DNA from: Camelus ferus
Taxonomy: Eukaryota
Direction: 5' to 3'
DNA: 64,000 bases
Assembly (NCBI RefSeq): GCF_009834535.1
Contig: NC_045696.1
Location: 55,926,001-55,990,000 of the forward strand
The notes below the pieces were generated by a model, which did not search any database, was not told the origin of the DNA, and saw only the letters and a list, made by a program, of their open reading frames with translations. Below are positions 1-12,780 of this stretch, in pieces. The translations under genes and the position numbers were made by a program. Positions within the stretch are counted from its first letter, which is position 1. The number at the start of each line of letters is the position of its first letter.

Positions 1-880
1 TGGTCTGGGCACATTCCTGGATGATCTAGTCTGAGGAGAAGGGATTGGGAAGGCTGAGGGATTTGGCCTCAACTCACCCTGTGCGGATCATTGCTGTGAA
101 TATCCTGAGGTCATCTAGCCTGAAGGGCTCCAGAAAAAAACTCTTTGGTAGTGTAAATGGTTCCTTCTTCTTTGCTATCCCACTTCCCATTCCTGGCTGC
201 CACTCAGCACTGCAGCAGCCTGTCATTGCTTATATGAATGAAATGAATATCAGCTTGACAACATGTTAAGGTAGAGGTAGTTTCCCATAATAAAGCAAAT
301 CAACATTTACTTCCTACTTATCGGGCATATGTCACTATTTCCCACAAATGTGATGGACCAGATGGTGTAACAACCACTTCACACTGTCTGCCCAGCCTCA
401 TCTCTCACTACACTTTCTCTTTTCTCCAGACACCCCAGGAACGCTAACTACTCGAACTGCCTAGAGTATTCATGTTTCCTCACTCTTTGTGCCTCTACCT
501 AAACTGTACTCTCTGCCTGGAATGCCTTTCTCCGACTTGTCAACCCCTGTTCTTCAAGCCAAATACTTCCCTGTGCTCCAGTGCACAGGATACAGATGCC
601 ATTAAAACAATTGTCATGTAGATTGTTTTGCAAGATGGAGACATCGTTTCAGATTTGTGACAAATAACCTCCTGGGAATGGGCCAGATAATGTAAAGAAT
701 GTATTTGCTGTATACTTGTTTATTTACCCCCATCTGGACAGAGTTGAATGTATCCCAGGACTCACTATAGGGCATAGCACATCACAAGCATACAGTGGAG
801 TTGTCTGTGGAATGAATGGGTGCAGGAGTTAATCAATATGTGGCCTCAGGGCTCTGCTGTCTTTGCGTCTTTCTTTCCAG

Positions 881-970
881 GGCTGGTGGAACAAGGTGGT
901 GTCAAGATAGAACCACTTCCCAAGGAAGTGAAGGTCTACCTCCAGACCACTTCCAAGGCTCCATACTGTG
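881..970 (+). CDS. PLA1A: Phosphatidylserine-specific phospholipase A1, internal coding exon (fourth from last): (G)LVEQGGVKIEPLPKEVKVYLQTTSKAPYC
   Basis: Acceptor ttctttccag| at 880 and donor |gtgagt at 971; 90 nt, phase 1/1; translation matches recalled mammalian PLA1A GLVEQGGVKIEPLPKEVKVYL. Confidence 0.95.
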
Positions 971-1749
971 GTGAGTAGGGGGAAACACAAGGCTCAGCTC
1001 TGCCAGTGTGCTGCCCGGCTGAGTCCAGGGCTCCGGCTTGGACAGTGTCCAGTCCAGCATGGTAGCCGAGGTGGGAGCTGAAGAACTGAGGCAAAAATGT
1101 CATGGGATGGGAGAGGTGGGGGGCAGCAGCTACTGGTATTAGACAGAACCAGAACTTTTCAGAACACATTGCTCTACAGATGAGAACTTGGGGGCATCTT
1201 ACTTTACTGTCTGTATACCAATCCTAGTTCCTCCCCATCCCGCCATGGAAGTCTGCCTTCCGGTGTGGGTTCTCTCTAGAGTAGCATTTGGGGGTACCTT
1301 TTGGACTCCTCCATTCTGCATACATGTTCCCCTCCTTGGTGCCTGTCCTGTGTGTCTCCCACTCTGGCAGTCTTCCTAGGTCAGAGTCCATGAGAAATAC
1401 TGAACCCCACCTTCTGGCCTATACATATACCAAACTGTTCACCATGGTTCCTGACCACTTCATTTCATTGAAGCTAAGATGCCAACGATTGTAAAAGATA
1501 TTGATGTGAGAGATCAGGGTGTCTTAGAATCTCTGAAATACATTACAGCTGAACCATCCTCCTTCCTGTGCTATTGGCATCTTGACTTCCTGATTTATTA
1601 TCCTGACCCTGTCTGGTTTGTCGTGTTCAGCACAGAAGTATGCTGGTTTGGACGGGAAATTATATGACCATCCCAATTCTAACTGATCTTCTGATAAGCT
1701 GGTGTCTAGTGTTTGATCTTTGTGTCCATAACTTCCTGGTACTAGAAGG

Positions 1750-2062
1750 ACTGTTGCAGTGTGAGATGGAGCCCGAAGCTCAGACTCTGTGGTCACCCAA
1801 ACCTGGATTTGAATCTCAGCTTCTCCACTTACCAGCTGTGTGATCAGGAGCAAGTTCTTTCATCTTTTTTTTTAAATTTAATTTTATTGAGTTATAGTCA
1901 GTTTACAATGTTGTATCCTTCATCTTTTTGAAACTCTATATCTTTATGTGGAAAATGGGAACAATAACAGTACCTATTTCAAAGAATCAATTGTGAGGAT
2001 GAAATAAAATACGTACTACACAGGCAATCACCAGCACAGTGACTGGAACTCAATAAGTAGTA
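1750..2062 (+). mobile_element. MIR SINE interrupted by a tiny L1 3'-end insertion
   Basis: MIR core (ctggatttgaatctcagc...ccacttaccagctgtgtga...aaaatgggaacaataacagtacct...gtgaggatgaaat...ctcaataa). Confidence 0.8.
1870..1918 (-). mobile_element. Ultra-short 5'-truncated L1 3' end with target-site duplication
   Basis: Poly(T) plus ttttattgagttatagtcagtttacaatg, resembling the L1 3' end at about 47860; flanked by ttcatcttttt at 1859-1869 and 1919-1929. Confidence 0.75.
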
Positions 2063-4559
2063 ATTCCCTTCCTTCTGTCAATGGGAGCATTTGGGAAATG
2101 AGATGAGGGTGTTTCTAACTTCATGCCAGAGAGAATTCATGGCTATTTTTTTAGGAATAAAGTGGGTTACAAGAGTCAACCATAGGCTTTTCACATACAT
2201 CAACTCATTTGACAACCCAACCCTGAGCGGTGATGTGCCCAAGACTGCAAAAGTGGGTGAAAAAGTCAGGATTCATCTCCAGGTCTTCTGACTCCAAAAT
2301 CTCCACTCTTTCCACACCACCACCTGCCTCCACACTCGCGTCTCTGTCCTTCTTCTGGGAACCTACTTTTTACAGCTGTTTTTCTCAGTTACTCCTGGGT
2401 CCTTGCTGCCTCTCAGAGATCAGCCTGAGGGGGGATACTCTGTCCAGGTCAGAGGCCATGCTGTGGGGACCAGACATCCCACTTCTACTTCCAGCTTCAG
2501 GGCAGCTTTGCTGCGGCCTGAGCCAGCTCCTCCCTATCTGCACAACCAGGAGTTCCAGCTGCAGGGAGCCTGAGGAGTATCTGGACGTCAAGGGCATTTG
2601 AAGATCCCTGCTGAGGGAGATTCATGGAGCCAGAATTTTTCTGTTTCATATTTGTTGTGAGACCTCCACTCCATGCCCCTAGAAGTATGGCCATGTCTGT
2701 TCAAAAACCTCAGAGAAGCACAGAAGGAAAGAACACCTCAGGCATGCTCTGAGCCTTCCATTCTGAGCGTCAAAGCTGGGACCCTCCTTTCCTGGGGGTC
2801 CAGGCTGCCCACCTGGTAGTCCACTTGGCAGCTCCTGCTCTCAGTCACTCTCAGGCCTCGTGTCATTGGGCTCCCATTGCCCAGCACTATTGGCCTGCCT
2901 CGGCCTCAGCAGTGCTCACTAGGATAGTGGTCACCCTTAACCCCTGCCAGGCAGGCACCAGCATGGACAGAGAATCTTCTCCAAATAATCATTTTTCTAA
3001 CAATATTACTTTTCTCATATAGAGCAACGTTTCACACAAAGCATTTTCTCTCTGTTACCCCATGTAATCCTCATCACGTTCTATGAGGTGACTGTTTGGG
3101 GTTATTGATTATAGATAAAGAAATTGAGATACAGAGAGGTTCAACGACTTAGGCAGGGCGACATAGGTGGTAAGCAATAGGGCCGGGCCTTGGATCCAGT
3201 TCCCCCGACACAGCATCCAGGGGCCATGTGTTGTTTGCCATGTCATGCACCCACGCAGGCTGGATTTCACTGCCAGTGTCACCCACCCAACGTTAGCAGA
3301 CCTGGCCCTCATAGGGCTTCCAGGGTAATCAGAGAAGAGAGAAGCAGAACCGCAGGAAACTTTCTTGATTAGTGAGTGATACCTGCTGGGGAAGGAAGAA
3401 GCCACATAACATATCAAACTCAGCCCAGAGAATCAAATTCCTAAAACTTACGTAAGTTAGCTTTTATTCACATTGCAGTTATCTACTGCAGGTAAACCCT
3501 TGCCTGTCAACATTACAATCTGTGTCCATAGTAAACAACCAAGAAGGATAGAAGGAACCCAGCATCTGATGTTTTCCTCTGTGGGGAGGGAGCATACAGT
3601 GCTCTCTTGTCCTCTTGTGGGTTCTTGGCAGTGAGTCCTGTTACTAACCCCATGAGCTGAGATGGACCACAGCCCTCCTCCAATTTAGTGCTGAGTCTAC
3701 CTAAACCCACTTAATCCCTCCTCCTACTATTCGCTCATAAAACACAACAAATGAAAAAGTATAGACAGGGCAGAGATGAAGGACTGCTTCTCTAGCTATG
3801 TCCCAGTCACCAAGGAGTCTGTGAAAATGCTCTGAGACCAGAGTCACTGCAGGGTGCCACCAGATGGGCTTACCCCTTAATAAGGAAAGGATGGGGTGTT
3901 GGGGAAGCGGTAATCCTTCTTAACCTTTCTTGCCAGAGGGATAGCAGGTCCTGGGGTATCACCGTGAACCAGGCTGCTCACCCAGTCTGTGTTGGCAGTA
4001 CCAGCTTTGAGAGCCCCAGTGTCTGTGCAGTTCGGGATGGGGGAGATGCCACACACACAGGCACTCAGCCGCCACAGGAAGGACAGTAGTCATTTCTGCA
4101 CACTCAGTGGGTTCCCTGACACTGTGTGTATGGTGAGGGTGGGAGGAGTGTTGCTATATTTTATGAGTTAATTATTTAGTATAAAATAGACCCTTTTTGG
4201 TTTTTTCAGAATCACACCGTTAGGATGATGTCACCAGAGAGGAGTGGGACATTCTAGGATTACGAGTAATAATAAAAACAATCACATGTTGAATGATTAA
4301 TTCCTAGGCATAAGCACTGAGGGCTTTATATGTATTAACTCATTTAATTCTCATTCAGACTTGTGGGATATCTGTATTTATTATCCCAGTTTACACTTGA
4401 GGAAGCTGAGGGCCTGCGACAGCAGGTAATTTGCTCCAGGTCACACAGCTGCTAAGAGGTAGAGTGAGATTCCTAACTGCCCTGCTGCTCTCTAGGGCTT
4501 TCTGTGCATTGACCCCAGTGACCCCTGGCCCAGTCATCTGTTCTGCTTTGTTTTCCTAG

Positions 4560-4668
4560 TGCATCACAACCTTGTGGAGTTCTACTTGCAGGAGCCGAGA
4601 AACAAGGACACCTGTATCACAGTCACCTTCCTTGGCAGCAATGTCACCTCGTCGGTCAAGATCACCAT
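4560..4668 (+). CDS. PLA1A: PLA1A coding exon: (V)HHNLVEFYLQEPRNKDTCITVTFLGSNVTSSVKIT(I)
   Basis: Acceptor ttttcctag| at 4559; donor |gtacgt at 4669 keeps frame with the next exon; lies within ORF 4559..4756. Confidence 0.95.
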
Positions 4669-5909
4669 GTACGTAAGTGTCCCACATGGCTGGCCTCTCT
4701 TCTTCCATTTACACACATGCATGTATATCCCAGGACAGGCACTATGTGACCACTGATGGGTGGGCTGAGCCGACTGGGCTGGGGCAGCAGTGGAGAGGGC
4801 AGCACCTACCACAGATGGACCCACAGACACATGCTGGGCAACTGTCCCAGGTTCAGGATCAGTACTAGGTTCAAGCATAGTGTATTCAGACAATAACATG
4901 ATGAGCAGGCAAGCAGCCATAGTGGGGTGCCCTAACAGGTAGTGAGTTACTGAGAATTGGGTCCCTGATAGGAAACAGCATCAGGAATCCAGGCAGGGGG
5001 CATCATGGATGTCAGCAAGTAGGAGGGCCTCCGCCACCAGCCCAGGGAGGGCTGGCCAGACCCTGGGAAGTACCCACTTCTGGACAGGTGGTTGGGTGGA
5101 GTGCAGGGGAAATGGGGAGGCGGGTGGGGGAAGCAGACCTAGGCTGTTATGGGAACAGACTCCCAGGCCCTCCACATCACTGCCCGAAGCAATCTCCCAC
5201 CTATTCCAGGAAGCCTAAGAATGTGGTTTGCAGAAGGATGGTTGGAGCCCAAACAGGCCCACGACCAGTGCCCATATGTAGAAATGGACAGTTGTCAGCA
5301 ATGGCAGGTGCTATGAGAACAACTAAGAGCCTGATGGAGTGTGAAGAAACGATGTTTGAGTAGAAATCTGAAGGAGTCGCAGGATCCTTCGCCCCAGGTC
5401 AGGAGTTGGTGAGATATGACACTGGGAGTGGACAGTAGTGGGGCAAGTCATGGGGAGAGGAGGCTGGATGAGCAAGTCAGGACCAGACCATGTCGTGCCT
5501 GGAAAGACAGGTTGGAGGTTTTAGTTTTTATTCTGAGAGCAGTTTGGGAATTTTAAGCAGGACAGTAACAGGATCAGATTTGGATCTGAAAATAGTTCTC
5601 AGCTTCAGCGATGGCTGTCAGGGAAGACAAGCTTCTGCTGGGAGGAGCACATGTCTGGGCTCCCAAACACCCTGCAACCAGCCAGGTCTCCAGCTCATCC
5701 ATGCCACACAGCACAGTTTGGCAGGCAGCCAGGACCTCAACATAGATCTTGTGGTGCCCACGTGAGCCTAGCAGATTCTAACTGAGTAATTTTCATTAGG
5801 TCAGTTCAAAGTCATGTTACTTCCACAAGGTACATGTTACTTCTGTCACCTCCTCTCCAACCCACTGGTAGGTGAGCCAAAACTGGCAGGAGTCATGTCA
5901 ATGACACAC

Positions 5910-6050
5910 GACTCTGGCTGCTTGTTAGAATCACCTGGAGAGCTTTAAAGAATGCTGACAGCAAGCCCCACCCCGGGCCAATTACAGGAGACTCTCCAGG
6001 CATGGCCTCAACCATTACACTTTTAGAAGTTTCCTGAGTGATTGGAATGG
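5910..6050. mobile_element. MER5A-like hAT-Charlie fragment
   Basis: ggctgcttgttagaatcacctggagagctttaaagaatgctgac...gccccacccc, typical of MER5A. Confidence 0.6.
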
Positions 6051-6407
6051 ATGTCCACTGATTCCTTCTTCTTTCATCCCAAAGATACTTGCATTACTGT
6101 TTTGAAGAAGGCAATTAGAGCATGATTATCTTCAATTCTTTGGTTTTTGTTTCCTCTTGCAGAACAGAAATTGAAAAAGGGGATGGGGGCGTTTAATGTG
6201 TGGCCTTTCCCTTACTTTCTATAACTTTGTGAAACCCCAAGATTTCCTGCCAATTAGGACATTTACCCGGGCCAAGTCCCCAGGCCACTCATTCACAATG
6301 TCCTTTACAGCCATTAGAGTTTTCAAGCTCTCCATCCAAACAACCTCTTAAAGTGAAGAGTCTTCGTATATTTTCCTCTGAAATACTTCAAAAGACTTCT
6401 TAAGTTA

Positions 6408-6498
6408 AAAAAAAAAAGGAGAGAAAGAAAAGAAATAAAAGAAAAAGGAAGAAAGACAGAAAAGAAAGAAAGAAAGGGAAAGAAGGAAAGAAAGAGGA
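6408..6498. repeat. A/G-rich low-complexity tract (A-run plus GAAA/GGAA units)
   Basis: Directly visible purine-rich tract. Confidence 0.85.
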
Positions 6499-7392
6499 AC
6501 AGCTTTTAAACAAAGTTTCATGGGATCTTTCTCAAAAGGACAAAACAAACTGTATGACTAACTCTGGGTTAGAAAGTACAAAACGAAGACATTTCATTAG
6601 TCTGCAGAGGTCAGAAACGAAAGGGAAACCATGCTCAGCTTAGACAACACTGAGGAGGGGAAAATAGCACCCTCCGGGCTCTCCTTCTTTCTCATAGTCC
6701 CTCTTTCTGAGTCCAGAGGGGACTGGAACAGGCTGGCAGAGCAGAGGGGAGGGAGCCAGGGCTTAGACCTAGTGCTGTGTGCCTCCAAAGCCACAGCTGG
6801 GAGGAGACCACACCTGGACTTCAAAGCTTGTTGTTTGTTCGTTTGTTTCCATCTACACATTCATGCTTACTCTAAAATACAGTAGACAGCACAGAAAATT
6901 CTTGGAACTGAATGCCTGGGAAGAAGCCTCTACTTCCAGGTAGATGGACCTGAGAATGAGATCTTCACCAATCTACAGTGAGATCTGCACTAGCTAGGAC
7001 ACTTTTCCAGATACGAAAATCCAAGAGCTACTATTTTGCTGCAGGGTCCACTTACTTACTTTAAAAAATCAACGCCTATTTTCTGCATCCCGTTCAAAGT
7101 TGTTGGGGTGTGGGCCAAGGGTCTGGTGAGGGTGAAGCAGAGGATTGTGGTGCCCACCTTCTAGGAGCTAACTGACCAAGCTTCCTGCAGAACCCCTACG
7201 AGCCAGGGGGAGGCAAAGGACAAATGTGCTCTGCAGGCAGGGCGAATGACTTAAGCAACAGGCTGCAATTTAAGGTTTATCCATGTTGCAGCATCCATCC
7301 AAGCAGCCTCTTAGAGTCAGAGTTTCCTTCTTTTTAAAGGGTGAAGAATACTCCATGATGTGTGTAAATGCTACTTTCCCTTTCCCTTGCAG

Positions 7393-7557
7393 ACCTAGAC
7401 AGCAACGCCATGGGAAAGGAGTCATCGCTCACCCCAACCCTCAGTGCCAGATAAACCAAGTGAAACTCAAGTTTCAGGCTTCCCACCGGGTTTGGAAAAA
7501 AGACCGGACGACCATTATCGGAAAGTTCTGCACTGCTCCTTTGCCCGTCAATGACAA
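7393..7557 (+). CDS. PLA1A: PLA1A penultimate coding exon: PRQQRHGKGVIAHPNPQCQINQVKLKFQASHRVWKKDRTTIIGKFCTAPLPVND
   Basis: Acceptor cccttgcag| at 7392, donor |gtaagc at 7558; 165 nt, phase 2/2; matches PLA1A C-terminal domain (WKKDRTTIIGKFCTA). Confidence 0.95.
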
Positions 7558-8170
7558 GTAAGCTCATTGTCCACCCCACCTCAGACACACCTGCAAGGAC
7601 CAGTCCTGACCTTAGATATGGTATTTGTTGATGTGTAATCTCATCAAGATGATGAGCTTCTTTGATGTAGAGATGACAGAGACCCAGGGTTTTCCTGAGC
7701 CTCCTGCAGGGCCATCTTGGATTGGGATGCTAAGAAGCCAAAGAGGGTAGACTTTAATTCCTCATTCCCACTTTAATATAAGAAACACCATTTTATTTGG
7801 TGTATATATATATACTCTGTATTATGTATCCATTCTGTTTAGTTTCTGTGTAAGAGTTTATTGGAACAAAGATTACTCATTGCTTACTTCCTCTTCTTTA
7901 GCCTCCACTGTTCACATTCATGGGTGGACCTAGAATTGCCATCCCATTTACCTCATGTCTAGCAGGCATTTAGAGACTTACCACACCTAGGCCCTCAGAG
8001 CACAGGAGTAGGCTCCTCTAGTAATCCAGGGGTAATCATCCTCTAGACGTTGTAGAGACCTCTTTCACATGACATCAAGGAAGCAGGAGCACACGCAACT
8101 CTTATCCCTCCCTCCTGCCCAGCAGGAACCTGCCCTGAGCACACACCCTCTTGTTGCTCTTGTCTTGCAG

Positions 8171-8255
8171 TAAAAATATGGTCTGCTTACCTGAGCCAGT
8201 GAACTTACAAGCAAGTGAGACTGTTTCTCATGACCTGAAAATAACCTGTATATAG
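8171..8255 (+). CDS. PLA1A: PLA1A terminal coding exon: (N)KNMVCLPEPVNLQASETVSHDLKITCI*
   Basis: Acceptor tgtcttgcag| at 8170; TAG at 8253-8255; matches recalled PLA1A C-terminus MVCLPEPVNLQAS. Confidence 0.95.
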
Positions 8256-8538
8256 TATAAGGGCAGGATCCAGCTCCCTGGATTGGGGGTGGGGGGTGTG
8301 GGTGTTCAACTTACTGTAAGCCATTACTAGTAAGAAGGAAGGCTAAATTCCTTATTTTACCCATAATTACAGATAATTATGTAGAGAGCTTTATCTCCAT
8401 TGTCTATTCATAGAGCCTTACAAAGATACCGTATGAGCTTTCCTACTTACACTTAACTGAAACTGCCTCATATCCTTGGGCATCTGTACCTAGAATTCAA
8501 TAGAAACCTATACAGGGAAAAGTTGTGTTTTTTTCCCA

Positions 8539-8544
8539 AATAAA
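8539..8544 (+). terminator. PLA1A: Probable PLA1A polyadenylation signal AATAAA
   Basis: AATAAA about 285 nt after the stop, with T-rich sequence upstream and downstream. Confidence 0.7.
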
Positions 8545-8865
8545 ACTCCATGGAATATCTGAATCATTTAATTGTTTTATTGGAATGGAATTCTGTTATG
8601 TACAAAAAAATGTGACTTACAATCTGTGGGACTAGAGAAAACAGTAGATGCCGAATTCTCTGTATTAAAATAGCAATTGAAAAGAAGTGTTTGGACTAAG
8701 AGAAGGGATGAAGGGCAGGGAGGAAGATGGCACCATTCAGCATCCCTTTCCATTGCCCTCTCTGGATACCTGGAAGGTTTGGGGGATCAGAGAGATCTTT
8801 TGGGAATATAGGTGGATTTTCCTTAGGTCAGTGTTTCCCAAACTTTGATCTTTACAAATAACCCT

Positions 8866-9330
8866 GTATCTAGCCACAGTCCAGCAAGAAACAGATGCTG
8901 CACTCAAATTGTATAATTTGAGGAGGATTTAATAAAAGGACTATTTACAAAAGTGTTAGTAGGAGGTGGGGAAACCACAAGGGACAGTGCAGTTCCCTGC
9001 AGCTGAGGGTGTTGGGAGCTGCTTCTGCCCTGGGTCTTAAGAGGCGAGAGGAAGGAGCACCAGAGTCTGGAGACAGAGAGATCTGCAAGACCTTCAGTCA
9101 AGGGACACAGTCACCGGACAGCAATCCTGCAGGGAGGGAAATGGGGAAGCAGATTCTCCAACTTTGCTCATCTTTCCTCCCTCATTCTCCTGCTGGTGCT
9201 CGCACCGAGTGACGTGAACCAGAAGTTAGAAGACAAGAGGCGTGTTGATGTGGCCCCGGGACATAAAGCTGGGCGGAGGATGATGAGTGGCTGGGGTGGG
9301 CTTGGGAACAGAGAGAAATGGCACATACCT
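8866..9330. mobile_element. MaLR (MLT1-type) LTR
   Basis: Starts tgtatctag...cagtccagcaagaaacagatg...actcaaattg...taataaaaggactatttacaaa, resembling MLT1 LTRs; subfamily not resolved. Confidence 0.55.
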
Positions 9331-9379
9331 TCACCACTTTCTCCGTAGCCAGGTACTCCATAATGATTTTCTTTAACTC

Positions 9380-9835
9380 TTTTAAAAATCATTTTAATTA
9401 TTTTAAGTGTACAATTCAGTAGTATTAAGTACAATCACATGGTTGTGCAGCCATTACTACTATCCATCTCCAGAATTTTTCCATCATCCAGAACGGAATC
9501 TCTGTCCCCATTTAACAATAACTCCCCATTGCCCCTTCCCCCAGCCCCTGGTAACTAGCATTCTAATTTCTGTCCCTGAATTCTACTCTTCTAGAATACC
9601 TGATACAATCATACAATATTTGTCCTTTTGTATCTGGCTTGTGTCACTTAGCATAATGTTTTCAAGGTTCATCCATGCTGCAGCATGTATCAGAATTCCC
9701 TTCCTTTTTAAGGGTGAATAATATTACATTGTATGTATAAACCACATTTTGTTTGTTGATTCATCCATCAACAGACACTTGGGTTGCTTTCACCTTTTGT
9801 CTAATGCTGCTATGAACATGGATAGATGTACAATG
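9380..9835 (-). mobile_element. Old L1 (L1MA/L1MB-type) 3' end
   Basis: aagtgtacaattcagtagtattaagtac...tcacttagcataatgttttcaaggttcatccatg...gctgctatgaacat. Confidence 0.85.
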
Positions 9836-12169
9836 TTTGAGACTTAAAAAAAATTCTAAATAAATGGGCTTTGAAAGGAAACTGCTGACTTGCTGATTCA
9901 CTTTCCACAGTAAAAGCAGACGAATGACATAAGCAACAGTCTGCAGTCGCTCCACTGGGGCCAAATCACCCGTATCACCAGGAGAGAGAGCTTTTGCCTT
10001 TGTCCAAAGGACAGGTATTGCAATGTGAATGCTCACATACATGCTTTGTTTTCTGCACTGTCCACCCAGTCAATAGGAAAACAACATGTCGGAAGAAATT
10101 TCTTCAGTATGCAGACTTGGAGTTCTTTTTATTTTTTCAGAACCCAAACCCCTGTTTTGTTTACTCCCTCCCGTTACTCCACCCAGGTTTCGGGCAAGAA
10201 CCTCCCTCAAGACAGTCCTACACTGAGCTGTATGAGGCTGCACTTCCTGTTCCTCCAGCTCTATGTCATTTTAACACATTTGCCATCCTGAGAGCCATTG
10301 CTCAGCACAGAAATCTTCCTCGGTTTTCTCTGCTGTTCATTGCTGCAGAGTGTGTGTAAATCATGCTGCTGTGATCAAGATCGTGTTATGCGATGCTAAT
10401 GCTGATTGGAGTTACACTGACTTGCTCTGTTTTTCCCTGCCTTCATACTTTCTCTTTTGCTTCTGGGTACAGCCCTGTTTCTTTGCTGATATATTCTTAC
10501 TTTTAAGCACCATTAGACACTCTTATATTTTATTTTCCTCCCCATCAGAAACTTTAGATCATTACCTTAAATGGAAAACCAGTTTCCCTTATAAGTTAAT
10601 CCTAAAAATAAATACAATGAGAATATAACAATGTTTAAAATTCCAACTAGATACCGTGGCTTGCTGAAGGCTCTATGCCCCAGGCCTGTTTTTCCCTTAT
10701 TAAAAAGAAAAGATTAACAAGTATGAGAGAGTTGTCAAAAACTTATCAGCAACAGAGACTTTCTTCTATAAATGTAATCAGTGGATTGAAAGAAATTTAA
10801 AGCATGACTAGCAATGTCACCATGAGATTGGATGTTATTTAATACTGGGTGTATGTGCTACCTTAAACTGCCTTGTACACGGCCCACACTAGGAAACTTG
10901 GCTCTAGGTAGGTGGGATGTGTGTAGGGTTAGGAAAAAGGGAGAGATACTAAGGAAATTGCTTAATGGCAGGGCAATGGCAGAGCATGAATTAAAAAAAG
11001 CAGAGAGTGAATCTTCCCTCCACACCCATGTCACCCCCAATCTCTGCTGAGAACTTTTCATGAACAGAGACTACTACAGAAGTACTTAAATTCAAGAATC
11101 AGCTCCAACCTTTACGTGGCACTACAAACGTGATTTCCAGAGCCCTTCCAGAGACAGTCACTCTACTCTGAGTATGTTCAGTCTGTACCACAGAGCCAGG
11201 ACTGGGCTCCATACCTCAGGCCTTCTCCCCCAGGCTATAACCAGGGGCACGTATTCATTTGTTCTTCATTGTCATCCTCCTTGCTTCACCCAAGAGCCAC
11301 TTTAGGTGAACCTACAATTCTTCAGCTTTTAAAATCTGTATTCTTACTCATCCAGCTTGTTTACTTTCATGTGGAGTTGATTTTTTTGGACCTGAATGCA
11401 CTTTCCACTTGACCCAATTCCATTACATATCATTATTGTAGTCTTTCCAACCTTTTGGGAATTTTTCATATCCTGATCTTATCCTTATGAATACTTAGCT
11501 CTTCCTCCAAGCTTTATGTCATTTATATCTATATTTAGATACAGACATACATGAAATTTTTTGTAGACTCCATTTTTGTATCTATAGCTAAGAACTTGAA
11601 AGGAGGTCCAGGTAGAAACCTACTTTCAGAAGCATCTTTAAGATCAATCAGTATTCTGAACCTTCGGATATATTTCTAACTCATGTTTATCTTGGCTACT
11701 TACATATTATGAGAAAAGTTTCAATGCTTTATATTTACAACAATCCTCTGATTTGAGAGTGAGAGAGGGAATATGATTAATTTAGCTTTAGTGTGACTTA
11801 ATTCCCAGAAATGCGGGCTCCTAATAATTGCTATTTCATTTCCTAAGTATATGGAAGCAGACTTTTTAGTGATTTGTTCCTGGACTTTGCTGGGAGTCAA
11901 CATCAAACTTCCTGATCTCTAATGTCAGAAATCTCTGCTTTCTGGTTTCTGGAGCAAATGTATCCACCCTCTGTCTTCTAACTTTCTTCTGTTTGGGATT
12001 ATCTAGTGGTTACTGAACAAAAACCCCAGTTACCCAACAAGGTATTTCTAAAGCAAGATTATAATTCAAGGTCTGGAAACTGGGATTCATTTGAGGCAGT
12101 TAAGTGATCTCTTTTCAATCCTGGTCTTCATATTAATTCCCCCCCACCCAAATCCATCTCACCTTACTA

Positions 12170-12780
12170 TATGTATTTTTTAAATTACAAAGGCAATACA
12201 TGTTCATTTTAACAAGCCAGACTGTAGACACATAGTTACTGTGGCCCCGAGGTAATCAATGTTAATAGCTTGGTGTACGTCCTTCTACACATTTCTCCAT
12301 GTTAATACAAATACATACACACACAGTTGTTGTTGTTTTGGTTGTTGTTGGGTTTTTTGGTTTTTTTTTGATAAAAATGGAATAATAGCACACACATCAC
12401 TCTCCAATTTTCCTTTGTTATTTCACAGTATATCATGAATATTCCTCCTGGAACTATATATAGACCTAATTTATTCCCTGGATGTATAAATTCCACAATA
12501 TGGGCATGCCATAGAGTAGCCACCCATTTTCTTTGTGTTGCATATTAAGGTTGTTTCTAGTTTTCTTCAGCTACAAATGATGCTGTGTTAAATATTTTTG
12601 TACATCTATTCTCATACTGGTGCCTTCAGTTCTATATGATAGATTTATTTGGTGAGAATTGCTAGTTTCAACAGATATGTCACAAGGTTAGTAATGCTGG
12701 ATTACTTTCCAAAAATGTCTTAGCAATTCACATACACTCCAACAGTGGTTGAAAGAAATAGTTTCCTTGCAATTAACTTA
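12170..12780 (-). mobile_element. Ancient L1M (L1MC/ME-type) fragment
   Basis: ggttgtttctagttttc...acaaatgatgctgtg...aatatttttgtacat...cattcacatacactccaacagt-like motifs. Confidence 0.6.

Noticed and set aside
3846..3872. CTCF-like motif ctgcagggtgCCACCAGATGGGC
   Set aside because: Mismatch in the core GGC position; cannot be supported without a PWM scan or ChIP data.
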